Numbered from the stretch's first letter, positions 33,678 through 43,159 are shown. The stretch: DNA of 64,000 nucleotides from an uncultured archaeon (GCA_964512235.1 CAZEGD010000003.1:101-64100), one strand, 5' to 3'. Made by a program: numbers and translations. Notes: generated by a model from the letters alone, not told the origin.

Positions 33678-34346
33678 ATGCCTAAGATAAGTTTTGAGAA
33701 GCAGCATAGTGAGCTAGTAAATCACTTGAAAGCAATGGGTTATGCAAAATCCAAAGCCATAGAGAGAGCTATGCTTAAAGTAAAGCGTGAGCAGTTTGTA
33801 TGGGTTACATACAAAGACGATGCGTATTCCGACACACCGCTACCGATACCGGGAGAAGTAACAATAAGCGCACCGCATATGCATGCCATTTTCATGTCTG
33901 CATTGAAGCTGAAGGCAGGCGATAAAGTTTTAGAAATTGGTGCTGGTAGTGGCATATTGCTGGCATATATGAAAGAAGTCGTTGGCAGTAAGGGAAAAGT
34001 ATACGGTGTGGAAATAATAAAAGAAACGTACGAATTTGCAAGGAAGAATCTGCAGAAAGCCGGCTATGGTAGAAAAGTTAAGCTCGTTCTTGGCGACGGT
34101 TCTAAAGGACTCCCTAAGTATACACCTTATGACAAAATAGTTTCCGGGGCTTCTGCTCCGAAGATACCCAAACCATGGATAGACCAACTAAATCCGGGTG
34201 GCATAATAGTCACGCCCGTCGGTCCCACGTACGGCAGCCAGGATTTAATCTATCTGGAAAAGACAAAGAAAGGGAAGATTATTAGGAAGAACTTAGGCGG
34301 TGTGATTTTCGTTCCCCTAGTTGGACAGTTCGGTTATGATTTTTAG
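33678..34346 (+). CDS. pcm: Protein-L-isoaspartate O-methyltransferase
   Basis: ISAPHMHA and VLEIGAGSGILLAYM (SAM motif I), with C-terminal GGIIVTPVG. Confidence 0.9.
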   Translation: MPKISFEKQHSELVNHLKAMGYAKSKAIERAMLKVKREQFVWVTYKDDAYSDTPLPIPGEVTISAPHMHAIFMSALKLKAGDKVLEIGAGSGILLAYMKEVVGSKGKVYGVEIIKETYEFARKNLQKAGYGRKVKLVLGDGSKGLPKYTPYDKIVSGASAPKIPKPWIDQLNPGGIIVTPVGPTYGSQDLIYLEKTKKGKIIRKNLGGVIFVPLVGQFGYDF

Positions 34347-34368
34347 CTCTCAAAGATAGATAATTACT

Positions 34369-34473
34369 ATGGACATCTTATCTGAGAATATAGTTCTGTT
34401 TTTCGGCTTATTCTTTACTATGACTGTTGGCATATTCTTATTTTTTTATTTGTGGCACAAGTCTACAGACTAG
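34369..34473 (+). CDS. Possible 34-aa single-TM micro-protein
   Basis: MDILSENIVLFFGLFFTMTVGIFLFFYLWHKSTD. Below the ORF-track cutoff. No RBS evidence. Confidence 0.2.
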   Translation: MDILSENIVLFFGLFFTMTVGIFLFFYLWHKSTD

Positions 34474-34492
34474 AAGATGGAAGCGCTACGAT

Positions 34493-34918
34493 TTAATCGC
34501 ATACCTTTTTCAAGTCGTTGTTAATAACTGTTGGTTTCATAGATTGTATCTCGTCGAGATATGGAGATTCTTCTGGAGACGGGTTTAGCAGAAATATCTT
34601 CTTGTTATGCTCGAATGCGATAGCCATCTCCAAGAACGTATTACCGCCAATGTAATTTTCCTTGCCGTTTTTGTCGTAGTTCAGAACCAGTATGGTATCA
34701 GAAGATTTTATCTTTTCAAAATGGTCACGTATCCTACGCTCTTTTTCATTCACAAAACTCTCAAAGTCTACCTTCTTTTTATTCTGCCAAAATTCCTTAG
34801 TCTGTCCCATCTCAGCAGATAATGGGAGAAGAGCTTCATGCCCCATATTTTCTAACTTCTCTTTCACGTCATTCATTTCATTTATGAAGGTGAGGCTTCC
34901 GCATAGAGTTATTTTCAT
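34493..34918 (-). CDS. Nucleoside 2-deoxyribosyltransferase-like superfamily protein (hypothetical)
   Basis: The track ORF extends into tRNA-Trp, so I trimmed it to MKITLCGSL at 34918. The pattern CGS...ILVLNYDKNGKENYIGGNTFLEMAIAF resembles that fold. Confidence 0.5.
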   Translation of the reverse strand: MKITLCGSLTFINEMNDVKEKLENMGHEALLPLSAEMGQTKEFWQNKKKVDFESFVNEKERRIRDHFEKIKSSDTILVLNYDKNGKENYIGGNTFLEMAIAFEHNKKIFLLNPSPEESPYLDEIQSMKPTVINNDLKKVCD

Positions 34919-34932
34919 AACATCACTTGAAA

Positions 34933-35050
34933 TGGGGTCGGAGGGATTTGAACCCCCACTAGCCGGTATCACCCTATCATCTTGGAATCAACGCTCCAAT
35001 TACATATAAGTCTGGAGCCGGATGTCCTAGCCAGGTTAGACTACGACCCC
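34933..35050 (-). tRNA. tRNA-Trp (CCA) with an intron of about 44 nt (about 34968-35011)
   Basis: GGGGUCG / D-arm / UCCGG-CUCCAG[intron]A-CCGGC / GGGGG-UUCAAAU-CCCUC / CGACCCC-A. One mismatch (27:43) in the anticodon stem under my parse. Confidence 0.8.
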
Positions 35051-35138
35051 TCAGCTAAAAATTGTTTGTTTTCAGCCTTTTATAACTTTAGCGTTTATTA
35101 ACTTTGTTTGACGTTAATAATTTATTGACGGTGGAAGC

Positions 35139-35891
35139 ATGAAAGTGAAGGCAAAACGCTTCTGGGAGATAGATGCGTTAAGAGGCATAGCAATAATCAT
35201 GATGATCATTTTCCACATAATATTTGACTTGAACTATTTCGGCATTTACAGATTTGATGTCTCTTCCAGTTTTTGGTTTATTTTTGCTCGTTTGACAGCT
35301 TCGATTTTCATCTTCCTCGTCGGCGTCTCACTCACTATAAGCTACGCTAGAACTACAAAGCAAGAGAAGTACAAAGGCAAGCATGCATTGTTTGGAAAAT
35401 ATTTGAAGCGAGGTCTGAAAATATTCTGTCTGGGTTTGGTAATAACATTTGCGACTTGGATTTCTATTGGATATGGCTTCATTGTCTTTGGTATTCTTCA
35501 TTTCATTGGACTTTCAATAGTCTTAGCCTACCCATTTTTGAAATCCCGTTTTTGGGATTTCTACCTTCCGCTCGGAGCATTTTTAATTATCGCTGGACTT
35601 CTGCTAAGGACACTCACTTTCAGCTCACCTTGGTTGATGTGGCTTGGATTTACACCAACAAACTTTTACACGTTCGATTACTTCCCACTTCTACCATGGT
35701 TCGGTATTGTTTTAATCGGTCTCTATTTCGGTAATTTATTGTATCCAAACGGACTACAACGATTTAAAGTCAAAGACCTTTCTAAGCTCCCACTCGTAAA
35801 AACACTTTCATTCCTTGGTAGACATTCGTTGGTTATTTATTTCCTGCATCAGCCGATAGTGATTGCATTGCTATATCTCTTTGTTTTGTAG
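35139..35891 (+). CDS. DUF1624/heparan-alpha-glucosaminide N-acetyltransferase-like membrane protein
   Basis: N-terminus RFWEIDALRGIAIIMMIIFH plus about 8 TM segments, typical of this acyltransferase-like family. Confidence 0.65.
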   Translation: MKVKAKRFWEIDALRGIAIIMMIIFHIIFDLNYFGIYRFDVSSSFWFIFARLTASIFIFLVGVSLTISYARTTKQEKYKGKHALFGKYLKRGLKIFCLGLVITFATWISIGYGFIVFGILHFIGLSIVLAYPFLKSRFWDFYLPLGAFLIIAGLLLRTLTFSSPWLMWLGFTPTNFYTFDYFPLLPWFGIVLIGLYFGNLLYPNGLQRFKVKDLSKLPLVKTLSFLGRHSLVIYFLHQPIVIALLYLFVL

Positions 35892-35899
35892 AAAATTAA

Positions 35900-35971
35900 A
35901 GCCTCAGGCGAGACTTGAACTCGCGACCTACTGCTTACAAGGCAGTTGCTCTACCACTGAGCTACTGAGGC
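35900..35971 (-). tRNA. tRNA-Thr (UGU)
   Basis: GCCUCAG-UA-GCUC-AGUGGUA-GAGC-A-ACUGC-CUUGUAA-GCAGU-AGGUC-GCGAG-UUCAAGU-CUCGC-CUGAGGC-U. Confidence 0.9.
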
Positions 35972-36023
35972 ACCATTGCAATAATTAAATACCTTTTACT
36001 TAATAAACTTAAAAGTGTTTATC

Positions 36024-36935
36024 ATGAAGTCACAGGTCCCAAAAGAAGCAAGAGAGAGATTTACAAATGCAGGCTACAGGATAGTAGGTACGCACTCAGC
36101 AGTGGAAATATGCCACTGGACGAGAGAGAGCTTGCGCAAGAATAGAGTCTGCTACAAAGAAAAATGGTACGGTATAGAGTCACACCGTTGTTTGGAGATG
36201 ACACCTGCTGTTGTTTGGTGTACCCATAAGTGCAAGTTCTGCTGGAGGCCATTACAATTTACTATAAATGGCGAACCCAAACCAGATGATCCTAAAGCAA
36301 TAATCGACGGATGCATAGAAGCAAGGAAGAAGTTGCTTAGTGGGTTTGGTGGTAGAGAGGGAATTGACAAGAAAAGACTGAAAGAATCATTTGTACCGAC
36401 AAGCGCAGCCATAAGCCTGGCAGGCGAACCTACACTCTACCCAAGAATAGCAGAACTTATAGAAGAATTCCACAGAAGAAGGATGCAATCCTTTCTAGTC
36501 ACCAACGGCACTAGACCGGACAGGCTGCAGAGCTTGACTAAGGAACCTACAAATCTCTACATCAGCCTCTGCGCACCAGACAAGGAGACATATCTGAAAG
36601 TGAACAGGCCACTGATTGCAGATGGTTGGGATAAGCTGAATGAAAGCCTCCAACTTATGAAGAGCTTCAATTGCAGGAAAGTACTTAGGCTGACTCTTGT
36701 GAACGGGTTGAACTTTTTCAAACCGGAAAAATATGCAAAGCTAATCTCAAAGACAGAGCCAGACTTCATAGAAGCCAAGAGCTACTCTTGGGTCGGAGAG
36801 TCTAGGCAGAGATTGCCCGGTACTGCAGTGATTTCCGTAGAGGAATTGAAAGAATTTGCGCAAAAATTAGCTGAAAATACAAATTATAAGATAAAAGATG
36901 TGGATAATGCAAGTAGGGTAGTCTTATTGGAGTGA
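36024..36935 (+). CDS. taw1: tRNA 4-demethylwyosine synthase Taw1 (radical SAM, TYW1 homolog)
   Basis: AGYRIVGTHSAVEICHWT, CYKEKWYGIESHRC and the radical-SAM cluster CTHKCKFC. Confidence 0.85.
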   Translation: MKSQVPKEARERFTNAGYRIVGTHSAVEICHWTRESLRKNRVCYKEKWYGIESHRCLEMTPAVVWCTHKCKFCWRPLQFTINGEPKPDDPKAIIDGCIEARKKLLSGFGGREGIDKKRLKESFVPTSAAISLAGEPTLYPRIAELIEEFHRRRMQSFLVTNGTRPDRLQSLTKEPTNLYISLCAPDKETYLKVNRPLIADGWDKLNESLQLMKSFNCRKVLRLTLVNGLNFFKPEKYAKLISKTEPDFIEAKSYSWVGESRQRLPGTAVISVEELKEFAQKLAENTNYKIKDVDNASRVVLLE

Positions 36936-36940
36936 ATAAT

Positions 36941-37630
36941 ATGGGAATGAAAAAGAAGTTCTGTCCAAAGTGCGGCCGCGAGGCAGACAAGATTTTTGAC
37001 GGAATGTGCGTAGACTGCCTTTTCGAGAAAAAACGTACAATCAAAATCCCGTCAAAGATTATTGTCAAAAAGTGCAAGCGCTGTGGCAAATATTTTCTGG
37101 GCAAAATCAAGAGCGAAAGAATAGAAGATATAGTCGATCCAGAGATAAAAAAGATATTAAACTCAGCAAAGCTTGCGGAAAGCGGGATAAAGTATATGAA
37201 CTATAGGGTAGCCGATGGTAAAGTGCATTTGAGCTTGAAATTCGACTTCAATGGCATTCAAAAGTCTGAAGAGCATGAGATTGAGATTGAAGAGAAGATG
37301 AAGACATGTCAATATTGTGCAATGTCCGGCACAAGATACTACAATGCAATCCTGCAGATAAGGGCACCAGAAGAAATTATTGATGAAGCATTGAAAGAAG
37401 TGATAAAGAGAGTTGCTGAAATGAAGTCGGACAATCTGGCATTCATTTCCGATATCAAGAAGCAGAGAAGCGGAGTAGACGTATACATCGGTTCAAAGGC
37501 CGCGGCAAGGAAGGCAGCAAGGGCACTCAAATCCAGATTTAATGCAAGGCTCAAAGTTACGAGAGAGATGGGTGGAAAAAAAATGGGAAAGCAAGTTTAT
37601 AGAGATACGATATTAATTCTTATTGAGTAG
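36941..37630 (+). CDS. NMD3-family protein (archaeal 60S export adaptor homolog)
   Basis: N-terminal zinc motifs FCPKCG...MCVDC and CKRCGKYF...TCQYC. GGAGTGA lies 6 nt before ATG 36941. Confidence 0.8.
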   Translation: MGMKKKFCPKCGREADKIFDGMCVDCLFEKKRTIKIPSKIIVKKCKRCGKYFLGKIKSERIEDIVDPEIKKILNSAKLAESGIKYMNYRVADGKVHLSLKFDFNGIQKSEEHEIEIEEKMKTCQYCAMSGTRYYNAILQIRAPEEIIDEALKEVIKRVAEMKSDNLAFISDIKKQRSGVDVYIGSKAAARKAARALKSRFNARLKVTREMGGKKMGKQVYRDTILILIE

Positions 37631-37649
37631 AGATATCATAGGTGATTGA

Positions 37650-37976
37650 TTGGCAAAGAAAAAAGAAGAGATGTCACGAGAGCAGATGGAAGTAGCGAGA
37701 ATAAGAATGCCCAGAAGAGGAGAAGTGCTTGGTGTAGTGGAGCAGATGCTGGGAGCGGACAGACTGCGCGTACGCTGCAAAGACGGACACACTCGTATTT
37801 GTAGGATACCAGGCAGGCTCAGAAAGAGGGTATGGATGCGCCCTGAAGATTTAGTACTTGTAAAACCGTGGATTGTGCAGACAGATGTGCGCGGTGACAT
37901 ATCCTTCAGATACACTAGGACACAGGCAAACTGGCTCAAGAGAAAGGGCTATGTGGATCCCGAGTTGGGATTCTAA
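37650..37976 (+). CDS. eif1a: Translation initiation factor aIF-1A
   Basis: RMPRRGEVLGVVEQMLGADRLRVRCKDGHTRICRIPGRLRKRVWMRPEDLVLVKPW, an S1-like OB fold. TTG start after GGTGA. Confidence 0.9.
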   Translation: MAKKKEEMSREQMEVARIRMPRRGEVLGVVEQMLGADRLRVRCKDGHTRICRIPGRLRKRVWMRPEDLVLVKPWIVQTDVRGDISFRYTRTQANWLKRKGYVDPELGF

Positions 37977-38028
37977 TCTTAAATTTTTACATTTCAACTC
38001 CCAAATCTATAATAGTTGGAGTCTATCT

Positions 38029-38529
38029 ATGATTGATTTCGTTTCAATCCCACACGAACGGATAAAGAAGTTTGACGAGCTGAAAAGGAAGTTGGAAGAG
38101 CTCATTGGTACAAAGATAGAAGTGAGCAGGAGCGAGGAGAATGCTGTAAGAATTGAAGATGATGATAGCTTGAAAGTTATGTCCTGCTCTAGGGTGGTGC
38201 ATGCGTTCGGCCGTGGATTCGATGTTGATGCAGCACTGAATCTACTGGACGATGAATACAATCTGGATATAATCGCCATACAGGAATATGCAGGCAAGTC
38301 CAAGCAAAGATTAATCACTCTAAGAGGCAGACTGATAGGCACTAAAGGAAAAACCAAAGATATGATTGAAAATACTGCTAGTGTTAAGTTGTCTATATAC
38401 GGAAAGACTGTCGCGATAATAGGAAAGTGGGACAGAGTGTCAGTAGCAAGGCAGGCAGTGGAAATGATTTTAAGAGGGAGCAAGCACAACAGTGTGTATA
38501 GATTTTTGGAAGAACAAAAAATTACATAG
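38029..38529 (+). CDS. KH-domain RNA-binding protein (Dim2/Pno1-like)
   Basis: The track ORF overlaps aIF-1A, so I trimmed it to MIDFVSIPHERI at 38029. Two KH-like units, with LIGTKGKTKDMIE as the GxxG loop. Confidence 0.75.
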   Translation: MIDFVSIPHERIKKFDELKRKLEELIGTKIEVSRSEENAVRIEDDDSLKVMSCSRVVHAFGRGFDVDAALNLLDDEYNLDIIAIQEYAGKSKQRLITLRGRLIGTKGKTKDMIENTASVKLSIYGKTVAIIGKWDRVSVARQAVEMILRGSKHNSVYRFLEEQKIT

Positions 38530-40146
38530 GTGAGAAGGTTGGCAGTCGAGCAAAGAATAGCTAAGCAGATGGCAAAGGATATGAAAGCCATAAGCATAGC
38601 CGAATTTTTCGAGAAGAACAGGCACTTGCTCGGCTATGAGAATTCGACAAAGGCTTTAATCACTGTTGTGAAGGAAGCCATGGACAACAGCTTGGATGCG
38701 TGTAATGAGGCAGGCATACTGCCGGATATTTATGTGACTCTGAAGCAGGTTGGCATAGACAGGTTCAAGCTCATTGTTGAAGACAACGGGCCGGGGATAG
38801 TCGAATCCAAGATACCATACGCGTTCGGCAAGCTACTCTTCGGCTCCAAATTCCACAGGCTCAGGCAGTCAAGAGGCACGCAAGGCATAGGCATCACTGG
38901 TGCCATTCTCTACTCCCAACTTACGACAGGAAAATCTGCATTGATAACATCCAGCACGGGTGACAAGAAGCTACACACCGTCAAGCTGATGATAGACACT
39001 GTGCATAACGAGCCACACATAATGTCGCGCGATGTCAAGTCAAACAAAGACAGCTGGCATGGCATAAAGATAGAGCTAGAGCTTGAAGGCAAATACGTTG
39101 AGCGCTTCCAGTCCATACCAGAATATCTGAAGCAGACTGCAATCGCTAATCCTTATGCACGCATAGTATACAACGGCCCGAACGGTGTAGAGAAGTTCGA
39201 CCGATCTACAGAAGTAATGCCAAAGCAGCCAAAAGAAATCAAGCCACATCCGTACGGCATAGAACTTGGAATATTAAGGCGAATGGCTAGGTTCACACGA
39301 TCCAGGAACACCACAGGTTTTATTACGAACGACTTCAGCCGAGTTGGTAAGCGGTCTGCCACGCAGATATTGAGACTTGCAAAGATAGACCCTAGGAAAA
39401 ATCCGAAGAATCTTGAAGCAGGCGAGATTGACAGGTTGCATAAGGCGATGCAAATGGTCAAGCTCATTTCACCGCCAACAAACTGTCTATCCCCACTCAC
39501 CAACCAGCTGATTGAAGATGGTCTGAAAAAGGAAGTGGATGCAGAATTCTACGTATCAGTCACCCGACCGCCTACTGTATATAGAGGAAACCCGTTCCAA
39601 GTTGAAGTGGGTATAGCATATGGCGGCAGCCTCAATCCAGCTACATCATGCAATATCTATCGTTTTGCAAACAAAGTACCGTTGCTTTACCATCAAAGCA
39701 GTTGCGCAATCACGGAATCTGTTACAGAAGTGGACTGGAGGCGATACGGTCTGCAGCAGAGCACAGGCAACATACCCAACGGTCCTGCAGTGATACTTGT
39801 GCACTTTGCATCGGTCTGGGTGCCATTCACATCAGAAGGCAAGGAGGCAATAGCAAAGTACCCGAAAATAATCAAAGAAGTTAAGCTTGCCTTGCAGGAT
39901 GCAGGCAGAAAGATGGCAAAATTTGTCAGGCAGAAAAAACACGCTAAGAGACTGCAGCAGCGCAGGCAAATGTTCGAGAGGTACATACCAGAGCTTGCGT
40001 CTGCATTGAACTCATTAACAAAGGAAGACAAAAATAAGATAATTAAAGGTTTGGAGAGGATATTGAAGAAAAACAATAAGGAAAATGGTATTGAAGAGGT
40101 AAAAGGTGAGAAGGTTGAAGAAGGAAAAGACGACGGAAAAGCTTGA
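38530..40146 (+). CDS. top6B: DNA topoisomerase VI subunit B
   Basis: ISIAEFFEKNRHLLGY, the Bergerat ATPase motifs EAMDNSLDA and DNGPGI, and GTQGIG. The start is uncertain: GTG 38530, TTG 38539 or ATG 38569. Confidence 0.9.
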   Translation: MRRLAVEQRIAKQMAKDMKAISIAEFFEKNRHLLGYENSTKALITVVKEAMDNSLDACNEAGILPDIYVTLKQVGIDRFKLIVEDNGPGIVESKIPYAFGKLLFGSKFHRLRQSRGTQGIGITGAILYSQLTTGKSALITSSTGDKKLHTVKLMIDTVHNEPHIMSRDVKSNKDSWHGIKIELELEGKYVERFQSIPEYLKQTAIANPYARIVYNGPNGVEKFDRSTEVMPKQPKEIKPHPYGIELGILRRMARFTRSRNTTGFITNDFSRVGKRSATQILRLAKIDPRKNPKNLEAGEIDRLHKAMQMVKLISPPTNCLSPLTNQLIEDGLKKEVDAEFYVSVTRPPTVYRGNPFQVEVGIAYGGSLNPATSCNIYRFANKVPLLYHQSSCAITESVTEVDWRRYGLQQSTGNIPNGPAVILVHFASVWVPFTSEGKEAIAKYPKIIKEVKLALQDAGRKMAKFVRQKKHAKRLQQRRQMFERYIPELASALNSLTKEDKNKIIKGLERILKKNNKENGIEEVKGEKVEEGKDDGKA

Positions 40147-41194
40147 AGGTTTGGGCAAGGATGTCTTGAAAGACATAGAAAAGAAGCAAAACCCGAGCAT
40201 AAAGATACCAATACGGTCTTTGTCCAATGTCATTTATGACAAAAATACCAAATCGCTCAAGCTGGGCAACAAAGTATCCAAGCGATTCCTCTTCAATGTT
40301 GCTCATGCCAAGAAATTCACGCAGACTATGATGGTCGCAGCATTTTGCAACCAGCTGCTTAAAGAGAAGATACATACAAGCCTGAGGGACATGTTCTACA
40401 ACCTCAAGCGGACATTCCCGAATTCCAATGAAAATACTTTTGATGAGCAGAGTGAGAGCGATCCTATAGTAGTTGATCTGGAGGTTGCACTTGACATACT
40501 GCGAGAACATCTGCACTTGAATGCGGACATACGCGGCCGGGTGGTTGGCCAGGCAAAAGTTGTTGACAGGGGTGATGTGGTAGACTGGTCCAAACTTGGC
40601 AGCGGTGGATGGGCCATACCGTCAAACGTTGAAGACATAAAATTGAAGCGGGTATCTGCAAAGTTCATCCTTGTCATAGAGAAGAACGCAGCATTCGAGA
40701 GATTGCATGAGGACAAGTTCTGGCAGAAGCACAAATGCATACTCATCACGACGCAAGGCCAGGCTGCTAGAGGGTGCAGAAGGTTGATACAGAGATTGGT
40801 GGATGAGTACAAACTGCCCGTGTACGTATTTTGCGATAGCGATCCCTACGGATGGTACATTTATTCCGTCATTAAGTACGGCTCCATGAGCTTGGCGCAT
40901 GTATCAGAGAGGCTCGGCACACCGAATGCAAAATACATAGGGTTGACTATGACAGACATAGAGAAGTTCAAGCTGCAGAAATTCACGATCAAAGCAAGGG
41001 ACGTAGACATAAAGCGCGCTAAAGATATGCTGAAGTATGAATGGTTCCAGCACCCTGCATGGCAGAAAGAATTAAAGCTTTTGATAAAAGACAAGAGAAA
41101 GGCAGAGCTGGAAGCATTGTCTGGTCGAGGATTGAAGTTCATGACTGAGGAGTATCTGCCGAAGAAGATAAAAAACAAAGATTTCCTACCTTAG
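40106..41194 (+). CDS. top6A: DNA topoisomerase VI subunit A (Spo11 family)
   Basis: Toprim region VIEKNAAFERL...LITTQGQAARGCRRL...VYVFCDSDPYGWYI. Start is GTG 40106 or TTG 40115. Overlaps the top6B 3' end. Confidence 0.9.
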   Translation: MRRLKKEKTTEKLEGLGKDVLKDIEKKQNPSIKIPIRSLSNVIYDKNTKSLKLGNKVSKRFLFNVAHAKKFTQTMMVAAFCNQLLKEKIHTSLRDMFYNLKRTFPNSNENTFDEQSESDPIVVDLEVALDILREHLHLNADIRGRVVGQAKVVDRGDVVDWSKLGSGGWAIPSNVEDIKLKRVSAKFILVIEKNAAFERLHEDKFWQKHKCILITTQGQAARGCRRLIQRLVDEYKLPVYVFCDSDPYGWYIYSVIKYGSMSLAHVSERLGTPNAKYIGLTMTDIEKFKLQKFTIKARDVDIKRAKDMLKYEWFQHPAWQKELKLLIKDKRKAELEALSGRGLKFMTEEYLPKKIKNKDFLP

Positions 41195-41238
41195 TTAAAC
41201 GCTATAACCTTTAAAATTGTAGTTTCCTTATCCTATTT

Positions 41239-41928
41239 ATGAAAAATGAAGTGTTTGCCATAGTACCGGCATACAACGAAGAAGAAAGCATAGTAGAAGT
41301 CATTAGCCGTATCAAAAAAATTGGTATTACACCAGTTGTGGTGGACGATCATTCTACTGATAGAACTGCAGATATTGCAAAATCCAACGGCGTAGCTATC
41401 GTAAGGCAAAAAAGAAACATGGGTAAGGGGCATGCCATGAGAGCTGGCCTGGACTATGTTATAAAGAATTATCCAGAAGCCAAGATTATAGTTTTTATCG
41501 ATGCCGACATGCAATACAAACCAGAGAGTATGGTGAAAATGATTGAGATGTTGCGAGCGGATAAAGCAGACTTTGTGACAGGCTACAGGGATTTGTCTAC
41601 AATACCATTTAGGCATAAGCTGGGTAATTTTGTGTGGCGTTCAACATTCAATACTTTATTTGGCACTAAGTTCAGGGACACAAACTGTGGATTGATTGCA
41701 TTGCAAAGAGATGCAATAGAAAAAATAAAGGGCAGTCTCACGGGCGGGTATATAATAGAGAATAGCATGTTCATTGAAGCGCTAAAGAACAATTTAAGAA
41801 TAAAACAGGTTCCTGTACCCGTGGTCTACAATAGAGTGAGTAGAATTAAGCGCGGTACTAGGACAGTAGGCGGTGTATTGCTGTTCATATTGAAAGAAGG
41901 GATAAACTACAGGTTTGGCAGGAGATAA
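41239..41928 (+). CDS. Family 2 glycosyltransferase (dolichyl-phosphate sugar synthase-like)
   Basis: FAIVPAYNEEESI, VVDDHSTDRT and FIDADMQ are GT-A/GT2 motifs. Confidence 0.8.
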   Translation: MKNEVFAIVPAYNEEESIVEVISRIKKIGITPVVVDDHSTDRTADIAKSNGVAIVRQKRNMGKGHAMRAGLDYVIKNYPEAKIIVFIDADMQYKPESMVKMIEMLRADKADFVTGYRDLSTIPFRHKLGNFVWRSTFNTLFGTKFRDTNCGLIALQRDAIEKIKGSLTGGYIIENSMFIEALKNNLRIKQVPVPVVYNRVSRIKRGTRTVGGVLLFILKEGINYRFGRR

Positions 41929-41958
41929 TTTTCTATAAAAGGAAGTAACGCCAAAATA

Positions 41959-42357
41959 ATGGCTATGATTTTAAATGAAATCGAAATAATTTTCAAAATA
42001 ATGCTGTGCGCTGCACTCATGTTCATCATAGGCAAGGAGAGGCAGAAGAAGAAAAGGTTTGTCGGACCCAGGACACTGATGTTGATAGGATGTGCAACTA
42101 CGCTCCTTTCAGCTATATCATCCAGTCTTGATATATCCTTCATACTCGGTGGGACAGTGACAGGTGTCGGTTTTCTGGGTGGTGGAGTGATAACAAAAGA
42201 AAATGGAAAGGTCAGCGGCCTTACGACAGCTTCGATGATATGGCTAGCCGCTATAATAGGGATATCCATAGGATTGGAACTCTATTTAACATCAATATTT
42301 GTAACAGTTTTCTCTTTCTTCGTCCTTAGAAACAAGAACATGTTGAGAGCGCTGTAA
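41959..42357 (+). CDS. MgtC/SapB family membrane protein
   Basis: GKERQKKKRFVGPRTLMLIG and VTGVGFLGGGVI...SGLTTASMIWLAAIIGISIG match the MgtC core. Confidence 0.75.
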   Translation: MAMILNEIEIIFKIMLCAALMFIIGKERQKKKRFVGPRTLMLIGCATTLLSAISSSLDISFILGGTVTGVGFLGGGVITKENGKVSGLTTASMIWLAAIIGISIGLELYLTSIFVTVFSFFVLRNKNMLRAL

Positions 42358-42416
42358 AGTTGTGGCACAAAAATCAATAAAGATTTTTAAAATCAAAAAG
42401 TAGATTAAAATGAGAA

Positions 42417-42490
42417 GGGAACGTAGCTCAGCCTGGGAGAGCAATCGGCTGAAGACCGATGTGTCGCGAGTTCAAATCTCGCCGTTCCCA
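42417..42490 (+). tRNA. tRNA-Phe (GAA)
   Basis: GGGAACG-UA-GCUC-AGCCUGGGA-GAGC-A-AUCGG-CUGAAGA-CCGAU-GUGUC-GCGAG-UUCAAAU-CUCGC-CGUUCCC-A. Confidence 0.95.
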
Positions 42491-42561
42491 CTCTCTTTCT
42501 AACAACACATTTATCCAGCCACCGCAAAATAAAATTAGATATTTAAGCATCGTAGTGGAAG

Positions 42562-43143
42562 ATGTTTAGTATGGCCGCAAAGGAAAAGACAAAAACATGG
42601 GAAGGAGAACTGGTAGGAAAGAGGGTGATAATCTGGGACCCTGCAGCCGTAGCTCTATATGACGAGTCTGGATATGGCAAGCCACTGCCAGAGAAAGAAA
42701 CCAACAGGTTAGAGCTAGAGCTTGTAGAGGCAACCTATCTTGTTGAGAAGAAGAAATTGAAAGTTAAGAAAAAAGGTAGGAAAAAGGTGCTTGCATTCAA
42801 GGATTTGATGAAGATTGCCACTGATGAAGTAAATCAATTCCACCCGCAGTTCATAGTTTTCCGTGATTTACGTGAGCGGGGATATCTGGTTAAGACGGGT
42901 TATAAATTTGGTGCACACTTTAGAGTATACGAACGCGGCGTTAAGCTCAGGCGCGGTCCAAAGGCCGCACACGAACATACGAAGTTCGTGCTACATGCCG
43001 TGCCAGAGGAGGCTGCATTCTCTCTACCAGAAATGTCTCGCGCGGTAAGGCTTGCACACAACATACGTGCCACATTTGTATGGGCAGTAGTGGACAAAGA
43101 GAGCGACGTCACCTACTATACAATACAGAGGTTGACTCCTTAG
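42562..43143 (+). CDS. endA: tRNA-splicing endonuclease EndA (single-unit size)
   Basis: GYLVKTGYKFGAHFRVYERG and HEHTKFVLHAV...RLAHNIRATFVWAVV form the catalytic C-terminal domain. The 193-aa length is typical of the homotetramer-type subunit. Confidence 0.85.
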   Translation: MFSMAAKEKTKTWEGELVGKRVIIWDPAAVALYDESGYGKPLPEKETNRLELELVEATYLVEKKKLKVKKKGRKKVLAFKDLMKIATDEVNQFHPQFIVFRDLRERGYLVKTGYKFGAHFRVYERGVKLRRGPKAAHEHTKFVLHAVPEEAAFSLPEMSRAVRLAHNIRATFVWAVVDKESDVTYYTIQRLTP

Positions 43144-43159
43144 ATCAGTAGGTGAAACA

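Noticed and set aside
37873-38028. N-terminal 52-aa extension of the KH-domain ORF overlapping the aIF-1A 3' end
   Set aside because: The extension overlaps a well-supported gene in another frame and has no KH-like sequence. The Met at 38029 gives a standard two-KH-domain protein.
38528-40117. Identical 14-mer AGGTGAGAAGGTTG at the predicted starts of both top6B (38528) and top6A (40104)
   Set aside because: It is most simply a shared Shine-Dalgarno (GGTGA) plus spacer plus TTG/GTG start context. Similar GGTGA cassettes precede many genes here, for example GGTGAAACAATGG at both 43150 and 43456. It is useful for start-codon choice but is not a mobile or regulatory repeat.
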